The notes under the pieces were generated by a model that did no database searches, was not told the origin of the DNA, and was given only the letters and a program-made list of their open reading frames with translations. Shown here piece by piece: positions 1-10,983 of a DNA stretch of 64,000 nt. Positions within the stretch are counted from its first letter, which is position 1. Every line of letters starts with the position of its first letter. The position numbers and the translations under genes were made by a program. The DNA comes from Candidatus Multivorans sp. (GTDB taxonomy: Bacteria; Acidobacteriota; Thermoanaerobaculia; Multivoradales; Multivoraceae), in assembly GCA_965224025.1 (NCBI GenBank), contig OZ245033.1, forward strand, positions 3,872,001 through 3,936,000, given 5' to 3'.

Positions 1-771
1 GTTGTGGGCTGAGCCTGCTTCCAGAACACCGACGGTGACCACCGCCGGCTGGTCGGGCGGCACCCGCCGGGTCACAACCGTCTGCAGGGCTGAAATCACC
101 TGCGCCGCGCCGACGATCGGATCCAGACCCAGGTTGGGTCTGGCGCCGTGAGCGCCCTTTCCCAGAAGCTCGACCTCGAAGCGGTCCGCCGCGGCACCCA
201 CCGCGCCCGCCTGGATCATTGCCTGGCCGATCTCGAAGGTCAGGTCAACGTGGGCGCCGAAGATCGCCGCCACGCCGTCGAGAACACCGGTCGCCAGCAC
301 GGCCGCGGCACCCTCGCCGGTCTCCTCCGCCGGCTGGAGCACGAGCAGCACATCGCCGGCAGCTCGTTCGGCCTGGAGGAGGCGTGCCGCGGCGACCGTC
401 CACGAAGCATGCACGTCGTGCCCGCAGGCGTGCATCACGCCGTCGTTTCGGGAGGCGAACGGCAGGCCGGTGTCCTCCAGGATCGGCAGGGCGTCGATGT
501 CGCCGCGCACCGCGACCGTGGGCCCACCGGACTCGCGGCCGGGAATCCGGCCCACCACGCCCGTGCCGGCCACCCGGATGACGTCGCGAACGCCAAGTCG
601 ATGCAGTGTCTCCTCGAGCCGCGCCGCCGTTCGCTCCTCCTGGAGCGAAAGCTCGGGATCGGCGTGGAGCGCGCGGCGCAGACCGACCAGCTCGTCAACC
701 TCGCCGGCGCCGTAGAGGCCGGCGACCGCGGCCGGAAGCCGGAGCGATACGGCGGCTTCGGCACCGGTCAT
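1..771 (-). CDS. M20D family amidohydrolase (partial; runs off window start)
   Basis: Manual translation from ATG at 771 (ATGA overlap with the upstream stop at 768): LRRALHADPELSLQEERT...VRGDIDALPI...VMHACGHDVH...QPAEETGEG, the classic M20D motifs. Absent from the ORF track because it is truncated by the edge. Confidence 0.9.
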   Translation of the reverse strand, partial: MTGAEAAVSLRLPAAVAGLYGAGEVDELVGLRRALHADPELSLQEERTAARLEETLHRLGVRDVIRVAGTGVVGRIPGRESGGPTVAVRGDIDALPILEDTGLPFASRNDGVMHACGHDVHASWTVAAARLLQAERAAGDVLLVLQPAEETGEGAAAVLATGVLDGVAAIFGAHVDLTFEIGQAMIQAGAVGAAADRFEVELLGKGAHGARPNLGLDPIVGAAQVISALQTVVTRRVPPDQPAVVTVGVLEAGSAHN

Positions 772-3436
772 GGCGGCAGGGCCACCCCCGACAGCCAACC
801 GGACCCGGCGCTCCAGGACGCGAACCCCATACCGCCGGGCCCGACGCTGCAACCGATCGGCGAGCCGTCCGGTGCCCGCAGCGGCCGCGGCAATGCAACG
901 GAGCGTGGGTCGTCGAGAAAGCGATCGATCTGCCACGCCGCATGGGATCGGTGGTCTCGCTCGGCCGCGTCCGGACCGCCCGCCGCCACCGGATTGGCCT
1001 CCAGCCAATCGCGCAGCTCGACCACCACCGTTAGCGCCTCGGCGCGCACCTGTTGAGAGGCGGCGGAGACGACCGGCCCGGAAGCGAGCAGGTTGGTCGG
1101 CACGTCGGACGGCGCGCCTCCGGCTGGTGTTCCGGACGCCAGGGCCAGCAGCCGCCGCAACAGCGCCGTATCCACCGCGCGGCCGACCTCCCCCGCCAGC
1201 TCGGGCAGGGGATCGGCGCGCCAAGTCGCTCCGAGCAGCCGGTCGAGGATTCCGGTCAGGCCGGGCTGCTCCGCGTCCCGGGCGCGATGATCGACCAGCC
1301 GGGTGGCCCGCGCGTCGTCCAGGATCATGCCGAAGGTCAAGTCCGCGGCCATCTCGGCGGCGGCGACCGGGTCGAACGCCGGACCGGCGCGAGACGGAAG
1401 CTGCTCGCGCCCCCGGCCGCGGCCCGGCGAGGGCGGCGGGATCAGATCCAGGATCCGTTGCGGCAGGGTCAGTTCGACCGGATCGACCGTCTGCAGCAGC
1501 GCGTCGAGCGCGTCGAGTTGCATCGCGGGGGCAGCAGGGAGACCGGCGAGCGACCGTCGCCGCGCACGGCGTAGCTGTAGTCGACGCCGCCCACCGCCTT
1601 CGCAGCCGCCTCGAGCTGGTAGCGGTGCAGCAGGTAGAGCGGCGTCAGCGCATCCTCGAGCCCGGACAGCGGCTCGCCGACGCGGACACTCCGTTCGGAG
1701 AACCCGTCGAGGGCGGCCCGCCGCACCGCCAGCACGCGCCGCAACTCGTCGGCCGCCGAGCGGCCGTTGTCCCATAGGTGCGCGAGCGGATGGGCGCCGC
1801 CAACCGGCCGCGCGTCCTCGTCGCTGATGAAGTGGAGACCCGCGTCGATCGTCCCGCGCAGGATGCCGTCGAGTTCCGCCGCTTCGTCCACGCCGTCAGG
1901 GAAGTCGGCGTAGCCGTAGAGGACCGCCCGCTTGTCCCAGGCACCGACCCCGACGTCGTAGGCCGCGCTCAAGTCCACTGTGCCGTCGTCCCGCAGCGTG
2001 GCCAGGGGATGGGGATAGTCCATGACGGACTCACGGCCATCCGGACCGTCGACGCTGGAGGCGAAGTTGTGGACCAGCCCGATGGTGTGACCCACTTCGT
2101 GCGCCGAGAGCTGGCGTAGCCGGGCGAGCGCCATCTCCGTAAGCGCCTCGGTGGACGAGTCTCCATCCTCGTAGGGCGACAGCAGACCCTGGGCGATCAG
2201 GAAGTCCTGCCGCACGCGCAGGGATCCGAGCGTCACGATGCCCTTCAGGATCTCGCCCGTCCGCGGATCGGTCACCGAACCGCCGTAGGACCAGCCGCGC
2301 GTCGACCGGTGGACCCACTGGATCACGTTGTAGCGGATGTCGAGCGGGTCGGCCCCCTCCGGCAGCAGCTCCACCCGGAAGGCATCGATGTACCCCGCCG
2401 CCTCGAAGGCCTCGTTCCACCACCGCGCGCCGTCGAGCAGCGCGGACCGGATCGGTTCCGGCGCACCCCGGTCGAGGTAGTAGACGATCGGCTCGACCGC
2501 CTCGCTCCGCGCCGCGCCCGGGTTCCGCTTCTGCAACCGGTGGCGAACGATGTAGCTCGTCTCGAGCGGCGAGTCGATCGGAGTCGCGTAGTCCAGGTAG
2601 CTTGTCGTGATGTAGCCGGAGCGCGGGTCCGCCCGGCGCGGTTCGTATCCCGGCTCGGGAAGCGTAACGAAGGAGTGGCGCAGGCGGACAGTCACGACGT
2701 CGGGCGAGGGAGCGACCTGGCTCACCCACCGGCCCGGGCCGCGGTCGGTCGAACGCAGCACGAAGGTCTGCGTGCCCTCGAGCTCCGAGTTGCGCGGGAA
2801 GGCGGCGACGCCGGAACGATGAATCGCCGAACGCGAAGCATCCAACTGATAACTGCCCTGCCCGCGTTGCTGGAGCCGCGCCGCCACGCCGTGCGCATCC
2901 CGGAGCACGAAGGCGGTGGCGTCCACCAGGACCGTCCCGTCCGCGTCCTCCGCCGCGACCTCGAAGCCCCAGAGCACGGAACGGGCGAACGCGTCGGCCA
3001 CCGCGCGGCGCTCGTCCGCGTTGTCGCTGAGCGCGCGGTAGCGCGTGTTCTGCTGCACCAGCAGCACCTTCGGCCCGATGCGTTCGAAACGGGCCAGGCG
3101 GGTACGCCCGACCTGGCCGCGGTCGAGCCCGATGTCGTTCGATCCCAGACCCGCAGACAGCGACTCGATGTAGAGGAGATCCTTGTCGAAGGTGTCGATC
3201 CGCACAAAGAGCCTGCCGCCCCGGCGGTCCCAGAACACGTCGAGGAATCCGGGCAGGTACTCGTAGCCCTCGGTGGCCGCCGCCACGGACGGCGGGTCCT
3301 CCGGCTGCTTCTTCTGTTCCTCCTGCGCGGGCAGCGTCTGCGCGCAGAGCGCGAGCGCCAGACCTACGACCGCGGGCAGGGCTCCGTTGGCCGCTCCGAA
3401 GCGCGACCAGGCCGGCCGGCCGGCGATCTGAATCAC
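768..3436 (-). CDS. Secreted zinc-dependent metalloprotease (DUF5117/DUF4953-type metzincin); one frameshift at ~1527-1531
   Basis: Signal peptide ([16 protein letters not shown]), [11 protein letters not shown] zinc motif and SVMDY Met-turn. The N-part is in ORF 1469..3928 and the C-part in ORF 768..1775; one extra base in the GGGGG run joins them. The GTG start overlaps the aceA stop. Confidence 0.85.
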
Positions 3437-5760
3437 GAAGCGGCCCGTACCGTCACCGGCTCGGTCTTCTCGATCAGTGCCGTGAGCGACTCGTGGTCCG
3501 GTTCGGCGAGTTCCCGCACCCGATCCCGGTTGACCGCCGCGACGATGATCTCGCCGACCTCGGTGTTCGCGCTCTCGAAGATGCCGAGGTCGATCATCCG
3601 GCGGGTCTGGTGCTGGTTGTCGTCGGTCGGACTGACGTAGTGCACCCAGGCAGCGCCGTAGCGGTGGATCAGGAAGACGTGGATCAACGCCATCAACCGG
3701 CGGCGTCTCAGGTCGAGGTCGAACGTGTTCTGGTCGCGCACCGAGAGAATCATCCGCTCGCGACGGTCCCGGATCGGCGCGAAGACGACGTTCGCGGCCT
3801 TCGATTCGTCGCGGGACCCTTGGGCCAGGACCCGGAGTTCCAGGAGGTCGGAGCCGGCAACGTGCGGCCGCAGCTCCACGCGCAGGGACTCCTCGATGCC
3901 GTACTTGTCCCGCCAGATCTCGAGCCACTCCTCGAGCAGCCGCGGCGGCACTTCCGTCTGCACCAGATGCTGGACGTTGGTCGATCCCTTGCCCATCGCC
4001 TTGGTCGTCGCCGTATGACCGGTCGAAGCGGACAGCGCGCCATCGAGCCGGGCGCCGCCCACCAGGGCCTGCGGCGTACGGTACGGCGACCCCACCAGGC
4101 GCAGCTTGCGCTGGAGCCGTGCCAGGGCCAGCATGCCGTCCTCACGCAGGGCCGTGGCGAAGTCCTCGGCCGCCAGACCGTCGATCTGATGGCCGCCGTA
4201 GGTGATGAAGTTGAACACGAAACCGAGCTTGCCGAGTTCCTCGGGAAAGGCCCTCATCTCGCCGTCCGTCATCCCGGTCGTATCCCAGTTGAAGGACGGC
4301 GACAGGTTGTAGGCCAGCAACTGATCCGGGTAGACCGCGTGGATCGCCTCCGCGAAACGGCGGGCGTCGGCGAGGTCGGCAGTCTTCGTCTCCATCCACA
4401 GCAGGTCCGCGTAAGGCGCCGAGTTGAGCGACCGGGAGGTCGCGTACTCGATGCCGCCCCTGATCTGGTAGTAGCCCTCGGGCGTCCGAGCGATCTCGGC
4501 GTTCCAGACCAGGTTGATGCCCATCTTGCGCGCGCGAGCGGCAGCCTCTTCGACCGACACGGAGTGGGCGAACCCCAACCACTCCTCGACCGAGAGTTCG
4601 AACACCGCGCCTTCCTCTTCACGGAAGGCGATCACATCCGCTACCGCCCGCGGGTAGGTCTTGAGTCCCGCCTCCAACTGCCAGGCGTCGAGGAAGCGAG
4701 CCATCGTCGCATCGAGAACCGCTTCGGTGTCCGACCCGCCGCTTGCCGCCATCTTCCGGTACGCCGACTCGAGCAGCCCGTAGACGCCAACGCCGTCGAG
4801 CCAGACGTCGGCGCGGTGGTAGGCGGCCTCGGACACCTGGTAGAGTTCGTGGCCCCGGACCTCTTCCGCGCCCAGGGCACGCAAACGCCGCAAGATCGCC
4901 AGCGTCGCGGTCTTGCAGCTCGGCAGGTCGAGGTTCGTGGCGCCGAGAAGGAAGGCCTGATCCCGCTCATCGCCGTTACCGTCCAGAAACGTCGCGGCCT
5001 CCGAGTCGGTGCGGGCGACGATGATCCCGGGCACCCCCATCACGTCCAACTGGAAGCGGGCCGAGTTGAGGCGCTTGTTCTGTTCGTCCTGAGGCACGAG
5101 AACCTTGCCTGCCTGGTGGCCGCACTTCTTGACCCCGGGCTTCTGGTCCTCGATGTGGTAGCCGGGCACCCCGACTTCGACGAAACGTCGGATCAGGTTG
5201 CGCACGTGCGCCTCGCCGCCGTGGCCGGTATCGGCGTCGGCGACGATGAACGGACGGAAGTCGGTCGGCGGATTCGCCTGCTGCTCGGCCTCGCTCATCC
5301 GCGAACGGATGAAGGTCTGGTTCCGATCGGCCGTGAGCAGCGCGCGCACGATGGGCGCGGCCTCGTCGGGCACCTGGCTCAACGGATAACTCGCCAGGTC
5401 CGGCCCCGGATCCTCGTTGATCGAGCCCTTGGCCGAGGTCGCCCAACCGCCGATGTAGATGCCCTCGATGCCGCGGCGCTTCATCGCCACGGCCTGGCCC
5501 GGTGAGTACGGACCGAAGCTGGTGATGGACCGCTTCTGCTCGAACAGCTCGCGCAGCCGGCAGTAGAACGCCCTGGCGGTTTCCCGCGCCACCGTGTAGT
5601 CCTGAGGGATCGTGCCGCGCTGCTCCGCGACCTCCCGCGCGGTATGAAGCCGCCTGATCCCCTCGAAACGCCTATCGGCGAAGAACTCCGCCGCCGACGC
5701 CGTCTCCCGCGCCACTACTTCGTTCACCCTGTCACGCCTACCCGTTTCATCCCGATCCAT
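3433..5760 (-). CDS. aceA: Isocitrate lyase, long (ICL2-like) form with C-terminal extra domain
   Basis: KKCGHQ catalytic motif, [19 protein letters not shown]; 775 aa with a ~170-aa C-terminal extension as in mycobacterial ICL2. Confidence 0.93.
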   Translation of the reverse strand: MDRDETGRRDRVNEVVARETASAAEFFADRRFEGIRRLHTAREVAEQRGTIPQDYTVARETARAFYCRLRELFEQKRSITSFGPYSPGQAVAMKRRGIEGIYIGGWATSAKGSINEDPGPDLASYPLSQVPDEAAPIVRALLTADRNQTFIRSRMSEAEQQANPPTDFRPFIVADADTGHGGEAHVRNLIRRFVEVGVPGYHIEDQKPGVKKCGHQAGKVLVPQDEQNKRLNSARFQLDVMGVPGIIVARTDSEAATFLDGNGDERDQAFLLGATNLDLPSCKTATLAILRRLRALGAEEVRGHELYQVSEAAYHRADVWLDGVGVYGLLESAYRKMAASGGSDTEAVLDATMARFLDAWQLEAGLKTYPRAVADVIAFREEEGAVFELSVEEWLGFAHSVSVEEAAARARKMGINLVWNAEIARTPEGYYQIRGGIEYATSRSLNSAPYADLLWMETKTADLADARRFAEAIHAVYPDQLLAYNLSPSFNWDTTGMTDGEMRAFPEELGKLGFVFNFITYGGHQIDGLAAEDFATALREDGMLALARLQRKLRLVGSPYRTPQALVGGARLDGALSASTGHTATTKAMGKGSTNVQHLVQTEVPPRLLEEWLEIWRDKYGIEESLRVELRPHVAGSDLLELRVLAQGSRDESKAANVVFAPIRDRRERMILSVRDQNTFDLDLRRRRLMALIHVFLIHRYGAAWVHYVSPTDDNQHQTRRMIDLGIFESANTEVGEIIVAAVNRDRVRELAEPDHESLTALIEKTEPVTVRAAS

Positions 5761-5954
5761 GCCGTGTCTCCATCCGGCTCGTTGCGATTCGCCTTAGCGG
5801 CTGCGAAAGAAGCTAACCGTAGCACCGGAAGAACGGCTTCGACCACGGCGCTACAGCAGCCCGAACGCCCGCCGGTCGCGCCACCGGTCGGCTCCGGTGG
5901 CCCGGGTCCCGATCCATGTCGCATGGTTCCCTGGGGCTGTTACCCTCCACCGCC

Positions 5955-7655
5955 ATGAGCGTGCCAGCGATCCGTCCCCGACACACCCCCAAGCGCGGCG
6001 GCGACGTTCTGCTCGATGCCCTGTCCGAGTACGGCGTCCCCTTCCTGTTCGGCAACCCGGGCACCACCGAGAGCCCCCTGATGGACCGCCTCGGCGACCA
6101 TCCGGACCTGAACTACGTGCTCGCCCTGCACGAGTCCGTGGCTCTCGGCGCGGCCCATTACTACGCGCAGTCGACCGGCATCACGGGGGTCGTCAACCTG
6201 CACGTGGCGCCGGGGCTCGGCAACGGTCTCGGCATGCTCTACAACGCCTGGGAGGCGAACAGCCCGATGGTGATCACGGCCGGCCAGCAGGACACGCGCT
6301 CCAGGCTGCGCGAACCTCTTCTCGGCCACGATCTGGTGGCGATGGCGGCGCCCCTGGTCAAGTGGAGCGTGCAGGTCGAGCACGCGGACGAGTTCGCGCC
6401 GGTGCTGCACCGCGCCTTCAAGACCGCGCACGATCCGCCGGCCGGCCCGGTGTTCGTCGCCCTGCCGATCAACGTCCTGGAGCAGGAGACGCTGGAAGAA
6501 GTCCGGCCCCTTGGCGACCTCTACCGTGCGCCACAGCCCGAGGCCGCCGCCGTCGAGGCTCTGGCGGCTGCCCTGCTGCGAGCTGAACGTCCCGCGATCG
6601 TGGTCGGCGACGGCGTGGCCCGCAGCAACGCCCAGGATGAGCTGGTTGGCCTCGCCGAGTTTCTCGGCGCCGGGGTCTATCCCGAGGGCCTGATGCAACG
6701 CGTGAACTTCCCCCAGAGCCATCCCTGCTTCCGGCCGCGGATGCCGCTCAACCACGCCGGTATCCGGCACGCGCTCGGCGGCGCGGACGCCGTCCTTCTC
6801 GTCGGCGGCTCCTTCTTCGAGGAAGTCTGGTTCGACCCCGATTCGCCCTTCCCGCCCGAGGCGACCGTGCTCCAGATCGAGGACGCCCCCAGCCGGCTCG
6901 CGTTCAACTTCGCGGTCGACGCAGGCGTGATCTCCGATCCCCGCGCCGGGCTGGCAGCTCTCCGCGAGGTTCTGGAGACCACGGCCGACGCGGGCCTTCG
7001 CACCGCCGCCTCCGAGCGGATGGACGCCCTGCGGGCCGGTACTGCCGGCGCTCATGCCGCACGCCAGAAGCGCCTTGCCGCCCACTTCAACGACGCCCCC
7101 ATGTCGCCGGCCCGGCTCATGTCCGAGGTCGCCAAGGCCGTCCCCGACGATGCCGTCGTGGTCAACGAGTCGATCACCGCAGGCGGCGACCTGCTCGGCT
7201 TCCTGCCCATCGACGACCCCGACCGCTACTGCGGCACCCGCGGCGGCGGCATCGGACAGGGGCTCGTCGGCGGCATCGGCGCCTCGCTCGCGCATCCCGA
7301 GCGGCCGGTCATCGTCTTCTCGGGCGACGGCTCGGCGATGTACTCGATCCAGGCGCTCTGGACCGCGGCCCACTACGACATGCCGATCGTGTTCCTGATT
7401 CTGCACAACCGCGAGTACAAGATCCTCAAGATCAACATGGACATCTACCGGGAACGCTTCGGCGTCCCGGCGGAGCGGCCGTACCCCCACATGAACCTGA
7501 CCGAGCCGGAGCTCGACTTCGTCGAAATGGCGGCCGGCATGGGGGTCCCGGGACGCCGGATCGAGGATCCGGCCGAGGTCGAGGACGCGGTGCGGGAAGC
7601 GTTCGCCACTGGCGGTCCGTACGTCCTCGACGTGGTCATCGGCGGGCGGATCTGA
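5955..7655 (+). CDS. Thiamine-diphosphate-dependent decarboxylase (benzoylformate decarboxylase-like)
   Basis: FGNPGTTE, LHVAPGLGN and the GDGSAMY...N ThDP-binding motif; ATG at 5955. Confidence 0.88.
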   Translation: MSVPAIRPRHTPKRGGDVLLDALSEYGVPFLFGNPGTTESPLMDRLGDHPDLNYVLALHESVALGAAHYYAQSTGITGVVNLHVAPGLGNGLGMLYNAWEANSPMVITAGQQDTRSRLREPLLGHDLVAMAAPLVKWSVQVEHADEFAPVLHRAFKTAHDPPAGPVFVALPINVLEQETLEEVRPLGDLYRAPQPEAAAVEALAAALLRAERPAIVVGDGVARSNAQDELVGLAEFLGAGVYPEGLMQRVNFPQSHPCFRPRMPLNHAGIRHALGGADAVLLVGGSFFEEVWFDPDSPFPPEATVLQIEDAPSRLAFNFAVDAGVISDPRAGLAALREVLETTADAGLRTAASERMDALRAGTAGAHAARQKRLAAHFNDAPMSPARLMSEVAKAVPDDAVVVNESITAGGDLLGFLPIDDPDRYCGTRGGGIGQGLVGGIGASLAHPERPVIVFSGDGSAMYSIQALWTAAHYDMPIVFLILHNREYKILKINMDIYRERFGVPAERPYPHMNLTEPELDFVEMAAGMGVPGRRIEDPAEVEDAVREAFATGGPYVLDVVIGGRI

Positions 7656-7761
7656 CCCGCGAACACCCGCGGTTCATGTTGTATGCTCTTTCGCCCAAGC
7701 TGAAGACAGCCTGGAGGCAGCACCTCCCCTAGCACCACTCCCCCAACGGAGGTTGGAGATC

Positions 7762-8451
7762 ATGGATGAGCTGAGAGAAGACACGTTCCTGCAGGACGAC
7801 CTGCTCGAGGATCTGCGGGAGGAGGACCTCGACTCCGAGGCCGAAAGCTCGGGCGAGGGCCTTTCGAACGTCAGCCGACGGACCTTCATCCAGGGTTCGG
7901 TCGCCACCGGCGCCGCCGTCACCCTGGCGGGAGGAAACCTGCTGCAGCCGGATGTGCTGCACGCCGCGACCGAGCCGGTCGGCAGCACGATCAGCCTCCG
8001 CGTGAACGGCGACACCCACGAACTTGAGGTGGAGCCGCAGGACACGCTGGCCATGGTGCTGCGCTTCAAGCTGAACCTGACCGGCACCAAGCTCGGCTGC
8101 GACCGGGCCGAGTGCGGCGCCTGCACGGTGCTGATCGACGACGTGCCCCACTACGGCTGCTCGATCCTGGTCCACCAAGTGCGCGGCCGCGAGGTCACGA
8201 CAGTCGAGGGTCTGGAGCAGGACGGCGTCCTCCACCCGGTCCAGCAGGCCGTCCTCGACGAGATGGGCTTCCAGTGCGCCTTCTGCGCTCCCGGCTTCAT
8301 CATGAGCATGGCGGGCCTGGTCAAGGCGAGCCCGAACGCCACCCGCGCGGACGCCCGGAAGTGGCTCGCCGGCCACATCTGCCGCTGCGGCGACTACAAC
8401 AAGATCCTGAACACCGCCGAACGCGCGCTCGAGAACGCGCGCATCGCCTGA
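7762..8451 (+). CDS. (2Fe-2S) subunit of xanthine dehydrogenase-family enzyme with Tat signal (PaoA-like)
   Basis: SRRTFIQG twin-arginine motif plus h-region; GCDRAECGAC, QCAFCAPG, CRC cysteine motifs; GGAGG RBS. Confidence 0.9.
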   Translation: MDELREDTFLQDDLLEDLREEDLDSEAESSGEGLSNVSRRTFIQGSVATGAAVTLAGGNLLQPDVLHAATEPVGSTISLRVNGDTHELEVEPQDTLAMVLRFKLNLTGTKLGCDRAECGACTVLIDDVPHYGCSILVHQVRGREVTTVEGLEQDGVLHPVQQAVLDEMGFQCAFCAPGFIMSMAGLVKASPNATRADARKWLAGHICRCGDYNKILNTAERALENARIA

Positions 8452-8465
8452 TCTGAGGAGCAAAG

Positions 8466-10919
8466 ATGGCCAAGACGACACTCGTAGGCACCGACTACGC
8501 TCCACCCGATCTGATCGAAAAGATCACCGGTCGCGCCAAGTACGCCGAGGACTGGCGTGAAGAGGGCATGCTGTTCGCCAAGCAGTTGCTCTCGCCGATG
8601 CCCCATGCCCGGGTGCGGAACATCGACGCCTCGGCGGCGCTCGAGATGGAAGGCGTCGAAGCGGTGCTCACCGCCGACGATCTCGCCGAGTTCATGGGCG
8701 AGCCGGATCCGCTGGGTGAGCGCGCCTTGACCAACCATCCCAAGTACGAGGGCGAACCGGTGCTCGCCGTCGCCGCGGTGAGCGAGAAGATCGCCGCCGA
8801 CGCGATCGAGAAGATTCAGGTCGACTTCGAGCCGCTGCCGTTCGCGCTCGACCCGCTGGACACGATCGCGCCGGGCGGGGCGAACTCCCTGACCGACGGC
8901 AACAGCATCGACCGCCAGCGCAGCGACACCGGCATGGAAACGGTGGTCGAGCGCGTCGAGTGGACGGCCGAGGATCTTGCCACGGCGCGGGGCACGAACG
9001 GTGAGAAGGGCAAGATGCCGGAGGGCGTGTTCCAGGACGAGTGGACGAACGGCGACCTGGAGAAGGGCTTCGCCGACGCCGACTACATCATCGAAGAGCC
9101 GCTCTTCTTCCAGTCGGTGACCCATCACCCCATGGAGCCGCGGAGCTGCATGGCGCACTGGGACGGCGACATCTGCCACCTCTACCCGTCGACCCAGAGC
9201 GTCGCCTTCACGGTGCTCGCGGCCCAGGGAACGATCGGCGTGCCGCCGCAGAACCTGATCGTCCACGCCGAGTACACCGGCGGCGGCTTCGGCAGCAAGA
9301 TCGTCGGTTCGAGCAACATGGCGGTGCCGGTCTACCTGGCCAAGAAGACCGGCAAGCCGGTGCTGCACCGGGTCACCCGCTACGAGGAGAACTACATCGG
9401 CCGCGCCCGCCCCGGCTTCCAGGGTTGGGCCAGGATCGGCTTCAAGAACAACGGTCGCATCTCCGCCTTCGACTGGGCGGTGATCCAGGACAACGGTCCC
9501 TACGGGCGTCAGAGCGACATGGGCACCTCGGGCAACATGGTGTCCCTCACCTACCAGCCCGAGAACATGCGTCACCGCGGCCTTTCGATCGCCACGAACA
9601 CGCCGCCGCGCGCGCCGCAACGGGCGCCGGGCGGAGTCCAGATGTCGGCCATGGTCGAGCCCCTGCTCGATCGCGCCGCGGACCACCTCGGCATCGACCG
9701 GCTGGAGATCCGGCGCATCAACATCGCGAAGAACGGCGCCAGGTTCGGCGCCCAGGAAGGCCGCAACGTGACTACCGCCTACGTCACGGAGGCCTGGGAC
9801 AAGTTGACCGAGATGATCGACTGGGAGGACGCCAAGGCGCGTAGTGGGGAAACCAGCGGGTCGAAGGTCACCGGCGTCGGCATCGCCAGTTCGACCTACA
9901 CCGCCGGCTCGAGCGGCTTCGACGGCCTGATGCTGATCACCCCGGAAGGCCGGCTCGAGATCCACACCGGGATCGGCAACCTCGGCACCCACTCCTTCTC
10001 CGACACCGCGCGTGTCGCCGCCGACCTGCTCGACGTGCCGTGGGAGAAGGTCGACATGGTCTGGGGTCAGACGGGCGAAGGCATACCCCACACCTGCGTG
10101 CAGGCGGGCAGCCAGACGACCCACGCGATCACGCGTGCGACCCACGCGGCAGCCACCGACATGAAGACGAAGCTGCAGGAGATCGCCGCCAGGACGCACG
10201 GAGGCTCCGCCTCTCGGTACGTCGTGGCCGGTGAGCGCGTCTACCAGCGCGGCAACCGGGCCGCGGGCATGAGCCTGGCCCAGGGCGCCGGCAAGGCGAT
10301 CGAGATGGGCGGCCGGTACGACGGCACGGAGCTCAACGAGGGGCTGAGCCCGATCACGATTGGCGGCGCGGCGATCCTCAAGGGCAAGGGTCTTCTCGCG
10401 GCGGCCAAGGACAACTACGGCCGCGCCGGCGATGTCTACTCATGGGTCGTCGCCTACGCGGAGATCGAGCTCGACAAGGAAACCGGCGTCATCGAGCTGA
10501 AGGACTACAAGGCGGTCACCGACTGCGGCACGGTGCTCAACCCCCGCAGCCTCGGCGGCCAGCTCCACGGCGGCGCCGTCCAGGGCTTCGGCTGCGCGGT
10601 CGGCCAGAAGTGGGTCTACGACCCGCAGTGGGGCATCCCCTTCGCGAACCGCTTCTACACCGCCCGGCCGGCAACCATCCTCGACGTGCCGCTTTCGATG
10701 GACTGGGACGCGGTGGGCGAGCCGGACCCGAACAACCCGGTGGGCGCCAAGGGCATCGGCGAGCCGCCCATGGGCGCCGGCTGCGCCTCACTGCTCTGCG
10801 CCATCCAGGATGCCCTCGGTCAGGACACGGTGGCCTATCTACCGCTCATGACCGACCACATCATCAACCAGCTCGAAGGCCGCGAACAGGACGCCGAGTT
10901 CCTGGCCGCGCACACCTGA
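8466..10919 (+). CDS. Xanthine dehydrogenase-family molybdopterin-binding subunit
   Basis: EKITGRAKY, HHPMEP, GGGFGSK, RAPG, GAKGIGEPP motifs. Confidence 0.92.
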   Translation: MAKTTLVGTDYAPPDLIEKITGRAKYAEDWREEGMLFAKQLLSPMPHARVRNIDASAALEMEGVEAVLTADDLAEFMGEPDPLGERALTNHPKYEGEPVLAVAAVSEKIAADAIEKIQVDFEPLPFALDPLDTIAPGGANSLTDGNSIDRQRSDTGMETVVERVEWTAEDLATARGTNGEKGKMPEGVFQDEWTNGDLEKGFADADYIIEEPLFFQSVTHHPMEPRSCMAHWDGDICHLYPSTQSVAFTVLAAQGTIGVPPQNLIVHAEYTGGGFGSKIVGSSNMAVPVYLAKKTGKPVLHRVTRYEENYIGRARPGFQGWARIGFKNNGRISAFDWAVIQDNGPYGRQSDMGTSGNMVSLTYQPENMRHRGLSIATNTPPRAPQRAPGGVQMSAMVEPLLDRAADHLGIDRLEIRRINIAKNGARFGAQEGRNVTTAYVTEAWDKLTEMIDWEDAKARSGETSGSKVTGVGIASSTYTAGSSGFDGLMLITPEGRLEIHTGIGNLGTHSFSDTARVAADLLDVPWEKVDMVWGQTGEGIPHTCVQAGSQTTHAITRATHAAATDMKTKLQEIAARTHGGSASRYVVAGERVYQRGNRAAGMSLAQGAGKAIEMGGRYDGTELNEGLSPITIGGAAILKGKGLLAAAKDNYGRAGDVYSWVVAYAEIELDKETGVIELKDYKAVTDCGTVLNPRSLGGQLHGGAVQGFGCAVGQKWVYDPQWGIPFANRFYTARPATILDVPLSMDWDAVGEPDPNNPVGAKGIGEPPMGAGCASLLCAIQDALGQDTVAYLPLMTDHIINQLEGREQDAEFLAAHT

Positions 10920-10983
10920 TCGGCTCGGATCGCCACAGACCGGATCAGCGCGATCTGATCAGCGAAAGGGAGGAAACCACAGC

